DNA from: Faecalibaculum rodentium
Lineage (GTDB): Bacteria > Bacillota_I > Bacilli_A > Erysipelotrichales > Erysipelotrichaceae
Length of the DNA: 32,000 nucleotides
NCBI RefSeq assembly: GCF_001564455.1
Contig: NZ_CP011391.1
Span: 60,001-92,000 of the forward strand
Direction of reading: 5' to 3'
The notes under the pieces were generated by a model. It saw only the letters and a program-made list of their open reading frames with translations. It searched no databases and was not told where the DNA came from. The translations under genes and the position numbers were made by a program. Positions 1 through 12,624 of this stretch are shown one piece after another. How positions within the stretch are numbered: the first letter of the stretch is position 1; each line of letters starts with the position of its first letter.

Positions 1-519
1 GAAAAGCAGTACGGCACAGTTATACAGCCTGTCAGGGATCAGATCCTTGTCCTCAGGATGCCAGAATCGCTGAAAATTCCGGATGGCTCCTCCATGAGAA
101 ACAACAAGAGCATTCTGCACTGATTCCTGCATCATGATTCCCGTCAGAGTTGCGTTCATCCGGGAAATCAGATTCTCACGGCTTTCTCATCCATTGGCCT
201 TGAAAAAAGAATCGTACTGAACCAAAGGCGGATTCAGATACTCAGGCTCACCATCCAGAATTCCAAAATTCCATTCCTTGAGACCTTTCTTCCGCTCATA
301 CGGCAAGTTGGTGACCAGCTCCAATGTGTCGCAGGCTCTTTCGGAAGTGGAAGAAAAAGCGTGGTCGATCGTAAAATCGAGTCCATTGATATAAGCGGCC
401 GAAAACTTTGCCTGCTCAATGCCCAGAGGTGTGAGTGGCGAATCCACCCATCCCTGGATCCGTTTCCGCTGGTTGAAAACCGTCTGGCCATGACGCATCA
501 AAACCAGTTTCTTTTTCAT
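1..519 (-). pseudogene. Histidine phosphatase family protein (phosphoglycerate-mutase-like, GpmB/PhoE type). It is interrupted by one in-frame TGA at 187-189, and its 3' end runs off the window start.
   Basis: The ATG at 519 gives MKKKLVLMRHGQTVFN, the RHG catalytic motif. The ORF stops at ..FFKANG*(TGA 187-189). The same frame continues ESRENLISRMN...ALVVSHGGAIRNF (C-terminal SHG catalytic His motif) down to position 1. SD-like GAAAGGAAAG lies upstream. Confidence 0.8.
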
Positions 520-680
520 GTGTCTTTCCTTTCTACCTGTAACGCAGGGTGGTGCTTTTTTAACCTTATCATATAAAACTCCTGCAGTGCCAGATGCCCT
601 GACACCTGTTGCGGAAGACTGTATTGGGTCATATACCGGTCCCTCCTTTTTTCCGGTCAGCATTCCTTTATACTTGTTTT

Positions 681-1388
681 ATGAATACAGATAAAAAAGC
701 GCGACAGCGACAGGCAGCAATCCGCGATCTTCTGCAGAAACAGGAAGTCGTTACAATTCGCGAGTTCTGTGAAACACTCCATGCCAGTGTGGCCACGATT
801 CGAAAGGATCTCACCCTGCTGGAGGAACGGGGCTGCCTGCGAAGAGTCAGAGGGGGTGCTGTCTCCACAGAAGGCACACCCCGGAACACAGTGTATGTCA
901 GCCGGCTGCATCTCAATGAACAGGAGAAAACACAAATCGCAGATCAGGCTGTCAGACTCATTCAACCACATATGAAACTGATTCTGGATGCAGGCACGAC
1001 CTGTGCCCGTCTTGCGCAGCGGATACTGGAAGAAGAGATTCCCTGCACTGTCTGGACACCGAACCTCACTGCAATTCAGATTCTCAGCCGGAGTCCGAAA
1101 ATCACGCTGATGTCCGCCGGAGGGATCCTCGACCGTGATCATAATCGGTTTCAGGGTCCGGTCCCCGGGGAGTTTTATGCAGATCTGTATTTTCTTTCTC
1201 CGGATGGTTTCTGCTGTGGACAGGCAACAGGAACCGACCAGGAGGAATCACTGCGAAAACGCTCCTTTGCCAGCCAGAGTGACAAAGTGATATGTCTTGT
1301 GGAACCATCCAAGGAAGGGAGGGTGGCACCTTTTGAGATTTTCTGCCCTGCCGTGACGATTACAGAGAAAGGAATATCATCAAAATAA
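681..1388 (+). CDS. DeoR-family transcriptional regulator (N-terminal HTH plus sugar-phosphate-binding C-terminal domain)
   Basis: MNTDKKARQRQAAIRDLLQKQEVVTIREFCETLHASVATIRKDLTLLEERGCLRRVRGGAVS is a typical DeoR HTH. At 235 aa the length is typical. The start was chosen at the first Met before the HTH. No clear SD. Confidence 0.8.
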   Translation: MNTDKKARQRQAAIRDLLQKQEVVTIREFCETLHASVATIRKDLTLLEERGCLRRVRGGAVSTEGTPRNTVYVSRLHLNEQEKTQIADQAVRLIQPHMKLILDAGTTCARLAQRILEEEIPCTVWTPNLTAIQILSRSPKITLMSAGGILDRDHNRFQGPVPGEFYADLYFLSPDGFCCGQATGTDQEESLRKRSFASQSDKVICLVEPSKEGRVAPFEIFCPAVTITEKGISSK

Positions 1389-1461
1389 GCGAAATCGCTA
1401 ATAATAGTTGCTTTTTCTGATCCAGCAGGAGTACGCTGTTGTCAGAGAAAGAGGAAACACT

Positions 1462-2232
1462 ATGAGACTAACCATCTGCAAAAACTATGATGACGTCAGC
1501 AGAATCATGGCTGAACGTGTATTGACACTGCTGGAAAAGAAACCGGATCTGGTTTTCTGTCTTCCCGCCGGGAACTCCCCCGTTGGCATGTATAAGGAAC
1601 TCGTCAAGGCGTATAAAGAAGGCAAGGCGGATTTTTCCTCCCTGCAGACATTCGACATGGATGAATACGTCGGGCTGGGTCCTGAGGATCCTCAAAGCTT
1701 CATTCACTTTATGCATCACCATTTTCTGGATCATGTAAACATCAACCTGGACAACGTTCGCTATCCGGATGCTATGGCGGTGGATCTGGACACTGAACTG
1801 AGGCAGTATGCGAAGGAAATCGCCCACAAAGGACTGGATATCGCCATTACGGGAATCGGTGATGACGGTCACATTGCCTTCAACGAACCAGGTGCGGTAC
1901 AGTATCCGGAAACACACAAAGTGAAACTGGATGAGGCCACACGCCTTCAGAATGCACCGGCTTTTGGAAATGATCCTGAAGCAGTCCCTGAATATGCAAT
2001 CACGACAGGGATGGCAGAGCATATGAAAACGAAAAACTACTTCGTTGTCTGCTCTGGATCCCGCAAGGCACCGCTGCTGCAGAGATTTTTCAGCCGCGAA
2101 GAACTGGATCCGCAGTTCCCCGTTTCCTGGCTTCGCATGCATCCCAATGTGGAATTTATCGTGGATGAAGAGGCAGCTGCACTGATTCCTGATGACATCA
2201 GGAAGAAAGCCCTGGCAGGGGAAGAGCTCTGA
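1462..2232 (+). CDS. nagB: Glucosamine-6-phosphate deaminase/isomerase (NagB family)
   Basis: Contains TFDMDEYVGL and GIGDDGHIAFNEPG, which match my recollection of E. coli NagB (NMDEYVGL, GNDGHIAFNEP). 256 aa. SD AGAGGAAA lies 6 nt upstream. Ends at TGA 2230-2232. Confidence 0.88.
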   Translation: MRLTICKNYDDVSRIMAERVLTLLEKKPDLVFCLPAGNSPVGMYKELVKAYKEGKADFSSLQTFDMDEYVGLGPEDPQSFIHFMHHHFLDHVNINLDNVRYPDAMAVDLDTELRQYAKEIAHKGLDIAITGIGDDGHIAFNEPGAVQYPETHKVKLDEATRLQNAPAFGNDPEAVPEYAITTGMAEHMKTKNYFVVCSGSRKAPLLQRFFSREELDPQFPVSWLRMHPNVEFIVDEEAAALIPDDIRKKALAGEEL

Positions 2233-2327
2233 TATCTGCCAATTGGTGTGACTCCTGGAGACAGAACCGGCGGGATACGTAGTCTGAATTCTGACCATGA
2301 AGTCCGGAGTGCGGCCATAAGGACAGG

Positions 2328-2386
2328 AAAAAAGGACAGTCTTTCAGGACTACTGCGTGATCAGCAGTCCCGGGACTGTCCTTTTT
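2328..2386. terminator. Bidirectional rho-independent terminator between convergent nagB and tgt
   Basis: The A-run 2328-2333, stem GGACAGTC (2334-2341) paired with GACTGTCC (2374-2381), an inner GGACTACTG/CAGCAGTCC helix, and the T-run 2382-2386. Confidence 0.75.
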
Positions 2387-2428
2387 GTCTCTCACTTTGC
2401 TGTCGTGCGCCGGTGTTTTCCAGCTGCC

Positions 2429-3706
2429 TCATGTCCCGCTGCTTCCGGTTTTTCCATAGTATCGCTGCAGGAAGCTTTCCTTGAATTCCTCAAAGGTTCC
2501 ATCCAGAATCGCCACCCGTGCCTGTTCCATCAGCCGAAGGATAAACCGCAGGTTATGAACCGAAGCCAGATGGAAGTACTGATACAGCTTTTCCTTGTCT
2601 TGTCTGGATTTCCAAAGTTCACGCAGCTGTCCCCGTGTCCAGCCCGCCCGGCAGGTTGCACAGTCGCATTCATCGTCAATCAGTCTGTCTGAGTCTTTCC
2701 AGGGACCGAGATTGACCGGTCCATCCAGGGAATAGACCCGGCCGTGACGGGCTTCTCTTGTGGGAGCAACGCAGTCAAAGGTGTCAGCACCCATGGAAAT
2801 ACCCACCAGGATGTCATCAGGATGGGACAGTCCAAGAAGATGGCGTGGTTTGTCTTCCGGAAGTTCTTCGCTGCACCAGCGGAGTATTTCTCCCAGATCA
2901 TCTTTCAGAAAAGCACCACCAAGGCCATAGCCGTCAAAGTCCATGGCGCCAAGTTTTCTGGCTGTGGCCCGCCGGAGGTCTTCCCATCGTCCCCCCTGAA
3001 GCACTCCATAGAGTGACTGGCGGTATCCGAGATCATCACGGTGCTGCCGGTGCACTTCCAGACTTGTCTGAGCCCAGCGCTCAGTTCTCGCCAGTGCCTC
3101 TTTGTTATAGTCATAATCATCTGCCAGGGAAGTGAGTTCATCAAACGCCATATGAATGTCAGCACCGATCCGGCACTGGATTTCCATGGATTCCCGCGGG
3201 CCGATGAAGTCCTCCCGCTCAATGACCGGATCCCAGAAGCGGATGCCGTCTTCTGTTACATGCGCAAGGCGTTCACGGTGAGGTGTGTTTGTGAGGTTTT
3301 CCTGATTTTCCATAGCCACGACTTTTCCCATCCCCGATCCCAGGGACATGACCTGGAATCCGCCGGAGTCCGTCAGTGTCGGCCCGCTCCATCCGGACCA
3401 CTGCGCCAGCCCCCCCTGTGCTGCAATGTCTTCCGAAGCATTTCGAAGGTGGTATCCATTGGACAGCATAGCCTGGGCACCGATCTCATGAAGATCCTCC
3501 ATGGACACAAACGGAACTTCTCCTCTCGTCCCAACGCACATGAATGCCGGTGTGTGAATGTCACCATGAGGTGTATGAATGATGCCTGCACGTCCCAGTC
3601 CATTCAGCCGCTTTTCGATTTCAAAGGAAAAACTGTTGTCTGATGTTTCCAAAACCGGTTCTGATTCTTTGATTTCCGGTAACTCTGACACTTCAGGTGT
3701 TGTCAT
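2429..3706 (-). CDS. tgt: tRNA-guanine transglycosylase (queuine tRNA-ribosyltransferase), divergent form with an N-terminal acidic extension
   Basis: Has HTPAFMCVGT, LTDSGGFQ, DTFDCVAPTR and the zinc site CDCATC...HN. 425 aa. Its ATG (3704-3706) overlaps the yhhQ stop as ATGA. Confidence 0.9.
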   Translation of the reverse strand: MTTPEVSELPEIKESEPVLETSDNSFSFEIEKRLNGLGRAGIIHTPHGDIHTPAFMCVGTRGEVPFVSMEDLHEIGAQAMLSNGYHLRNASEDIAAQGGLAQWSGWSGPTLTDSGGFQVMSLGSGMGKVVAMENQENLTNTPHRERLAHVTEDGIRFWDPVIEREDFIGPRESMEIQCRIGADIHMAFDELTSLADDYDYNKEALARTERWAQTSLEVHRQHRDDLGYRQSLYGVLQGGRWEDLRRATARKLGAMDFDGYGLGGAFLKDDLGEILRWCSEELPEDKPRHLLGLSHPDDILVGISMGADTFDCVAPTREARHGRVYSLDGPVNLGPWKDSDRLIDDECDCATCRAGWTRGQLRELWKSRQDKEKLYQYFHLASVHNLRFILRLMEQARVAILDGTFEEFKESFLQRYYGKTGSSGT

Positions 3707-4332
3707 AGGGACCTGCTCAGTTTCTTTTCAATGGCAGCTTCCAGGGGAGACAGAAGAAGTTCCAGCCCCATTCCCAGGATGTAGGCGAAGACTGCCTGCA
3801 TAAGGAATTCCCTGAAGGGAAGAACCCCGAGAAATGCCACGGTTTCAAAGACACCTGAATCCACGATATGGGCCAGTGCAGAAGAGCCCAGGGCCCTGGC
3901 GATGAAGCTGCGGGAAAATGCCGAATCGGAGTTTTTCATTCGGATGAACAGCCAGTTGTTGAGGAGATTGGAACTCAGGTACCCGGCAAGAGACCCGAAA
4001 ATAATTCGGGGAGAAAAACCGAGGACTGCTGCATAGGCTTCCTGCATATTCCAGCCAGGATAAGCAGGAAGGGCTATGACGGCGTAGAAGACAAACACAG
4101 CAATGAGGTTGATGAGAAATCCGGCATAGATCACGGTTCGTGAGAGTGATTTGCCAAAGAGTTCCACCGTAAGATCCGAGAGGATATAGGTAAGAGGAAA
4201 CAGAACGATTCCCCCATCTACTGCAATCCCCCCCAGGTTCCACAGTTTGATGGCGGAAAGATTCGATATAAGAAGGGCACCGGCTGAAAGTGCCGAGAAG
4301 TATATCAGCAGCCTGATTCTTTTTTCCGACAT
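3703..4332 (-). CDS. yhhQ: Queuosine-precursor transporter, YhhQ/DUF165 (VUT) family
   Basis: Multi-TM protein with ..AIKLWNLGGIAVDGGIVLFPLTYILSDLTVELFGK.., typical of YhhQ. SD GAAGG lies upstream of the ATG at 4330-4332. The stop TGA overlaps the tgt start. Confidence 0.85.
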   Translation of the reverse strand: MSEKRIRLLIYFSALSAGALLISNLSAIKLWNLGGIAVDGGIVLFPLTYILSDLTVELFGKSLSRTVIYAGFLINLIAVFVFYAVIALPAYPGWNMQEAYAAVLGFSPRIIFGSLAGYLSSNLLNNWLFIRMKNSDSAFSRSFIARALGSSALAHIVDSGVFETVAFLGVLPFREFLMQAVFAYILGMGLELLLSPLEAAIEKKLSRSL

Positions 4333-4338
4333 ACCTTC

Positions 4339-4367
4339 ATTATAACGTTGGAAAGACAATTGTTGAA
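4339..4367 (-). promoter_or_regulatory. Candidate promoter for yhhQ-tgt (TTCAAC-17 nt-TATAAT), with the -10 only 6 nt from the ATG
   Basis: The minus strand reads TTCAAC (4367-4362), 17 nt, TATAAT (4344-4339), GAAGGT, ATG. Confidence 0.35.
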
Positions 4368-4522
4368 CCAGGTGACGAAACGGGAGGCAGAAGAAAGACA
4401 AGTGGCGTGCCGATGATGGCCGGGAGGGGCAGAAAAGGAGAGGCAATCGGGATTCGCGAGAGGGGCATTTGCACTAATTGGCGATAACTGGAAATAAAAT
4501 GCAAAAAAGTGCAGAAAAGGGG

Positions 4523-4550
4523 TTGCACTTCTGTGAGGGTGTGGTATTAT
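4523..4550 (+). promoter_or_regulatory. rRNA operon promoter P1 (TTGCAC-16 nt-TATTAT) with an A-rich upstream element
   Basis: TTGCAC at 4523-4528 and TATTAT at 4545-4550. An AAATAAAATGCAAAAAAG UP-like tract lies upstream. Confidence 0.55.
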
Positions 4551-4623
4551 AAGTGAGCCGCAAGCGATTTGGATAAATCAAAAAGCTGCAACACAGAAAA
4601 GAATAAAAAGTTCAAATAATGTG

Positions 4624-4652
4624 TTGACAGACTCTTGCGGATGAGTTAAGAT
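4624..4652 (+). promoter_or_regulatory. rRNA operon promoter P2 (TTGACA-17 nt-TAAGAT)
   Basis: TTGACA at 4624-4629, a 17-nt spacer, and TAAGAT at 4647-4652. It is preceded by the A/T-rich AAAAGAATAAAAAGTTCAAATAAT. Confidence 0.65.
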
Positions 4653-4680
4653 ATAAGAGTGCTGAGGGGCACAGGCGGGC

Positions 4681-4710
4681 TTGACAGCCAGACCGCTCAT
4701 TCAGTATCTT
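4681..4710 (+). promoter_or_regulatory. Possible third rRNA promoter (TTGACA-18 nt-TATCTT)
   Basis: TTGACA at 4681-4686 and TATCTT at 4705-4710. The -10 is weaker and the spacer is 18 nt. Confidence 0.3.
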
Positions 4711-4771
4711 TGAAAAGCTTGTGACTTCATCAGAAGCCGCAGGCGATGGAAGCATCTGTCATGGGTGCTGA

Positions 4772-4794
4772 CGCTCTTTGAAAACTGGACAGGA
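4772..4794 (+). promoter_or_regulatory. Leader boxA-like element (GCTCTTTGAAAACTGG) and 5' arm of the 16S processing stem
   Basis: 4774-4794 (CTCTTTGAAAACTGGACAGGA) pairs with 6464-6484 (TCCTGTCCGGTTTTGGAAGAG): 21 positions, 1 mismatch, 2 G-U pairs. The CTTTGAAAAC motif recurs in the spacer at 6501-6510. Confidence 0.6.
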
Positions 4795-4885
4795 AAAACG
4801 AAGTAAATACAAGACGATACAACGTCGATTCTTTGAACCTGAAAAACAATCATGAACACAAGACGCAAAGCGTCTGAGTACAGAT

Positions 4886-6424
<1,539 letters not shown>

Positions 6425-6497
6425 AGGAGAAAGTACAGGGGAAAAGGAAAAGAACAGAGTGGTTCCTGTCCGGTTTTGGAAGAGTGTCTTCCAGGTC

Positions 6498-6524
6498 GAT
6501 CTTTGAAAACCGTACAACGATATG
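6498..6524 (+). promoter_or_regulatory. Spacer boxA-like element (GATCTTTGAAAACCG) and 5' arm of the 23S processing stem
   Basis: 6504-6524 (TGAAAACCGTACAACGATATG) is complementary to 9581-9600 (CATATCGTGTATGGTTTTCA), with one bulge and one G-U pair. Confidence 0.55.
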
Positions 6525-6651
6525 AAAGACAACAGAAGGTCTGAAGTAAAGTTGTGGAGAAAACAGAAGAAACTGAGAGAAAGAAAAGAACAGTGAAGAA
6601 ACAGTTCTGAGAAAATATCTCGAAGAAAGCACGAAAACGTTTGAGAGAATC

Positions 6652-9536
<2,885 letters not shown>

Positions 9537-9642
9537 AAAGAAGAAGCCCGCAGCTTTGCGGAAAGACAGGAAACGAAAGACATATCGTGTATGGTTTTCA
9601 GAGAGTGACCAAAAGACAGGATTCCACAGAAAGTGTTAAGAT

Positions 9643-9680
9643 ACAGCCTTTGACGTGAGCAGTCACCAGAGGCTGTTTTT
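9643..9680 (+). terminator. Rho-independent terminator closing the rRNA operon
   Basis: ACAGCCT TTGAC GTGAGCA GTCAC CAG AGGCTGT followed by TTTTT (9676-9680). Confidence 0.7.
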
Positions 9681-9719
9681 CATTATCCAGAGCTTTCCTT
9701 CTGCGCCAAACTCCAAATG

Positions 9720-9728
9720 TGATAGAAT
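9720..9728 (+). promoter_or_regulatory. Candidate extended -10 promoter for uvrA (TGaTAGAAT)
   Basis: TGATAGAAT at 9720-9728, about 70 nt upstream of the uvrA ATG. There is no convincing -35 and no LexA/Cheo box (CGAAC..GTTCG). Confidence 0.35.
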
Positions 9729-9800
9729 GGAATTGCACAAAAATTGCGATAATATCATTTCTTATACAGCTTCTTCGTTGAAAGGAGGAATACAGAATTC

Positions 9801-12620
9801 ATGGAAAACACCATCAAGATCCGGGGTGCAAGAGAAAACAACCTGAAAAACATAGACCTGGATATCCCCAGGGACAAACTCGTCATCATGACCGGTGTAT
9901 CTGGTTCAGGCAAAACCAGCCTGGCCTTTGACACCATTTATGCAGAAGGCCAGCGCCGCTACATGGAATCACTGTCCGCCTATGCCCGACAGTTTCTCGG
10001 GAATTCGGAGAAACCGGATGTGGATCAGATCGACGGTCTTTCCCCGGCCATTGCCATCGATCAGAAAACGACATCCAATAACCCCCGCTCCACCGTCGGA
10101 ACCGTCACGGAGATTTACGACTATCTCCGGCTTTTGTATGCCCGAATAGGCATTCCGTACTGCCCGGAACATGGAGAACCGATCCAGGGGATGACAATCT
10201 CCGAAATGGTGGATCAGATGATGGCATTGCCGGACCGCACGCGAACCACCATCATGGCTCCGATTGTCCGCGGCAAGAAGGGGACCTTCAAGGAGACCTT
10301 TGAGAAGCTCATCAAGGATGGATTCATCCGTGCCCGTGTGGATGGTGAAATTGTCTACCTGGAAGAACAGGGACCGTTGAACAAAAACCAGAAACACAAC
10401 ATCGATGTGGTCGTGGACCGGATCATCAAAAGTGATAACAGATCCCGTTTCTACGATTCCATCGAAACGGCGGTCAATCTGGCAGACGGCATGGTGGATG
10501 TTCTTGCCGATGACAAAGAGTTCCTGCTTTCGGCCAATTACGCCTGCAAAATCTGCGGCTTTACTGTCCCAAAACTGGAGCCCAAGCTGTTTTCCTTCAA
10601 TGCCCCGCTGGGAGCCTGTCATCACTGCAAGGGACTTGGAATCACCCAGAGTGTGGACATGGATCTGCTGATTCCGGACAGGAGCCTGAGCATTCGCCAG
10701 GGCGGCATCCGCTATCTGAAAAATATCGTGGATACCGAGAACCTGGAATGGCAGAAAATGTATGCCCTGATCCGGCATTACGACATTGACATGGATGTCC
10801 CCATCCGCGACATTCCCAAAGAAAAACTCGATCGCATCCTGTATGGATCGCTGGAACCCATTGGCTATACTCTGTATTCCCGTTCAGGCTCCGTAACGGA
10901 AAAGAATGACATGATCGAAGGCGTGATTCCCCTGATCGAACGCCGGTTCATGGAAACCAATTCCTCCTGGAACCGGGAATGGTACGGCTCGTTCATCTCA
11001 GACCAGACCTGTGAAGAGTGTCATGGAGCGAGGCTGGATGAAAAGGTTCTTGCGGTGCGTGTCGGCGGCAAGAACATCTATGAATGGACGCAGATGTCAG
11101 TGGATGAAGCCATTGAATTCATGAAAAATCTGCAGCTGACGGATACAGAGAAAAAAGTATCGGAGCTCATCACAAAGGAAATCCGCAGCAGACTGGAATT
11201 TCTGCACAACGTCGGGCTCACGTACCTGACCCTGAATCGTCTGGCAGCCACATTGTCAGGCGGAGAAGCACAGCGGATCCGTCTGGCCACACAAATCGGT
11301 TCCCGGCTGACAGGGGTCATGTATGTGCTGGACGAACCCTCCATCGGCCTGCATCAGCGGGACAATGACAAGCTCATTGGCACGATGAAGGAAATGCGGG
11401 ACCTGGGCAATACGCTGATTGTGGTGGAACATGACGAGGATACCATGCGTGCCTCTGATTATATTGTGGATGTCGGCCCGGGTGCAGGGATTCACGGAGG
11501 GGAAATCATCAAGGCAGGAACGCCGGAGGAAGTCATGGCCTGTCCGGATTCCGTCACGGGCCAGTATCTCTCCGGAAAGCGTTCCATTCCGGTACCGGTG
11601 AAGCGCAGGAAAGGCAACGGCAACACGCTGAAGATCGTGAAAGCCACCCAGAACAACCTCAAGGGTGTGAATGCAACGATCCGTCTGGGAACCCTTACGG
11701 TGGTGACCGGTGTCTCCGGATCCGGCAAGTCTTCTCTGGTGACGGAAGTTCTGACAAAGGGCGTGGAACATGCCCTGGGGAAACTGCGGGTGAAACCCGG
11801 TGCCTGCCGGGAGATCCAGGGACTGGAGAATATTGACAAGCTGGTTGTGATAGGACAGGAACCAATCGGCCGGACACCGCGGTCCAACCCTGCGACGTAT
11901 ACAGGCGTATTCGATGACATCCGGGATCTGTTTGCACAGACACGGGAGGCGAAGCTTCTGGGGTACGACAAGGGAAGGTTTTCCTTCAATGTAAAAGGCG
12001 GACGCTGTGAATCGTGCCAGGGGGATGGAATCAAGAGGATTTCCATGCACTTCCTGCCGGATGTGTATGTCCCCTGTGATGCCTGTCACGGGAAGCGGTA
12101 CAACGAAGAGACACTGCAGGTGAAATACAAGGACAAGACGATCGCGGATGTCCTGGATATGACGGTGGAGGAAGCCGTGGTATTCTTCGACGGCATTTCC
12201 CGGATCCGGCACAAGCTGCAGACGCTGAAGGATGTCGGCCTGTCCTATATCAAACTGGGGCAGAGTGCCACAACGCTGTCTGGCGGAGAAGCGCAGCGGG
12301 TGAAGCTGGCGAGCGAACTGCAGAAAAAACCTACAGGGAAAACCCTCTTTGTCCTGGATGAACCCACCACGGGGCTGCATTCTGCGGACGTGGAAAAACT
12401 CATTGAAGTTTTACAGAGGCTTGTAGATAATGGGGATACGGTGCTCGTGATCGAGCACAACCTGGATGTGATCAAGAACGCGGATCAGATCATAGATATT
12501 GGACCGGAGGGTGGAGATGCAGGGGGCCGGATCGTGGCTGCCGGCACACCGGAACAGGTGGCAAAAGTGCCTGAAAGCTGGACCGGTCAGTACCTGAAGC
12601 CGCTGCTGGAAAGGAAGTGA
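9801..12620 (+). CDS. uvrA: Excinuclease ABC subunit A
   Basis: Begins MENTIKIRGARENNLKNIDLDIPRDKLVIMTGVSGSGKTSLAFDTIYAEGQRRY. Has two ABC ATPase modules, zinc-finger Cys clusters and LSGGEAQR twice. 939 aa. Strong SD AAAGGAGG. Confidence 0.97.
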   Translation: MENTIKIRGARENNLKNIDLDIPRDKLVIMTGVSGSGKTSLAFDTIYAEGQRRYMESLSAYARQFLGNSEKPDVDQIDGLSPAIAIDQKTTSNNPRSTVGTVTEIYDYLRLLYARIGIPYCPEHGEPIQGMTISEMVDQMMALPDRTRTTIMAPIVRGKKGTFKETFEKLIKDGFIRARVDGEIVYLEEQGPLNKNQKHNIDVVVDRIIKSDNRSRFYDSIETAVNLADGMVDVLADDKEFLLSANYACKICGFTVPKLEPKLFSFNAPLGACHHCKGLGITQSVDMDLLIPDRSLSIRQGGIRYLKNIVDTENLEWQKMYALIRHYDIDMDVPIRDIPKEKLDRILYGSLEPIGYTLYSRSGSVTEKNDMIEGVIPLIERRFMETNSSWNREWYGSFISDQTCEECHGARLDEKVLAVRVGGKNIYEWTQMSVDEAIEFMKNLQLTDTEKKVSELITKEIRSRLEFLHNVGLTYLTLNRLAATLSGGEAQRIRLATQIGSRLTGVMYVLDEPSIGLHQRDNDKLIGTMKEMRDLGNTLIVVEHDEDTMRASDYIVDVGPGAGIHGGEIIKAGTPEEVMACPDSVTGQYLSGKRSIPVPVKRRKGNGNTLKIVKATQNNLKGVNATIRLGTLTVVTGVSGSGKSSLVTEVLTKGVEHALGKLRVKPGACREIQGLENIDKLVVIGQEPIGRTPRSNPATYTGVFDDIRDLFAQTREAKLLGYDKGRFSFNVKGGRCESCQGDGIKRISMHFLPDVYVPCDACHGKRYNEETLQVKYKDKTIADVLDMTVEEAVVFFDGISRIRHKLQTLKDVGLSYIKLGQSATTLSGGEAQRVKLASELQKKPTGKTLFVLDEPTTGLHSADVEKLIEVLQRLVDNGDTVLVIEHNLDVIKNADQIIDIGPEGGDAGGRIVAAGTPEQVAKVPESWTGQYLKPLLERK

Positions 12621-12624
12621 GGGT

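Noticed and set aside
187-189. The in-frame TGA as evidence for a reassigned genetic code (TGA=Gly, code 25, or TGA=Trp, code 4)
   Set aside because: TGA terminates nagB (2230-2232), uvrA (12618-12620), tgt, yhhQ, darA and others at the lengths expected for their families. The sequence after those stops is terminator or non-homologous. The large genes contain no internal TGAs. A single nonsense mutation or a sequencing error is the economical explanation.
4333-4420. A possible preQ1 riboswitch upstream of yhhQ (CCUGGUUCAAC...CCAACGUUAUAAUGAAGG)
   Set aside because: Only GGUUC and a terminal AAGG resemble the preQ1-I motif. The P1 stem would be 3 bp, the loop far too long, and the conserved A-rich AAAAAACUA tail is absent.
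9537-9800. 5S rRNA or tRNA expected downstream of 23S
   Set aside because: A by-eye search on both strands found no 5S core (CCGAAC...GAAGTTAAGC), no cloverleaf and no GTTCGAATC-type T-arm. The region is explained by a processing-stem arm, a terminator and the uvrA promoter/SD.
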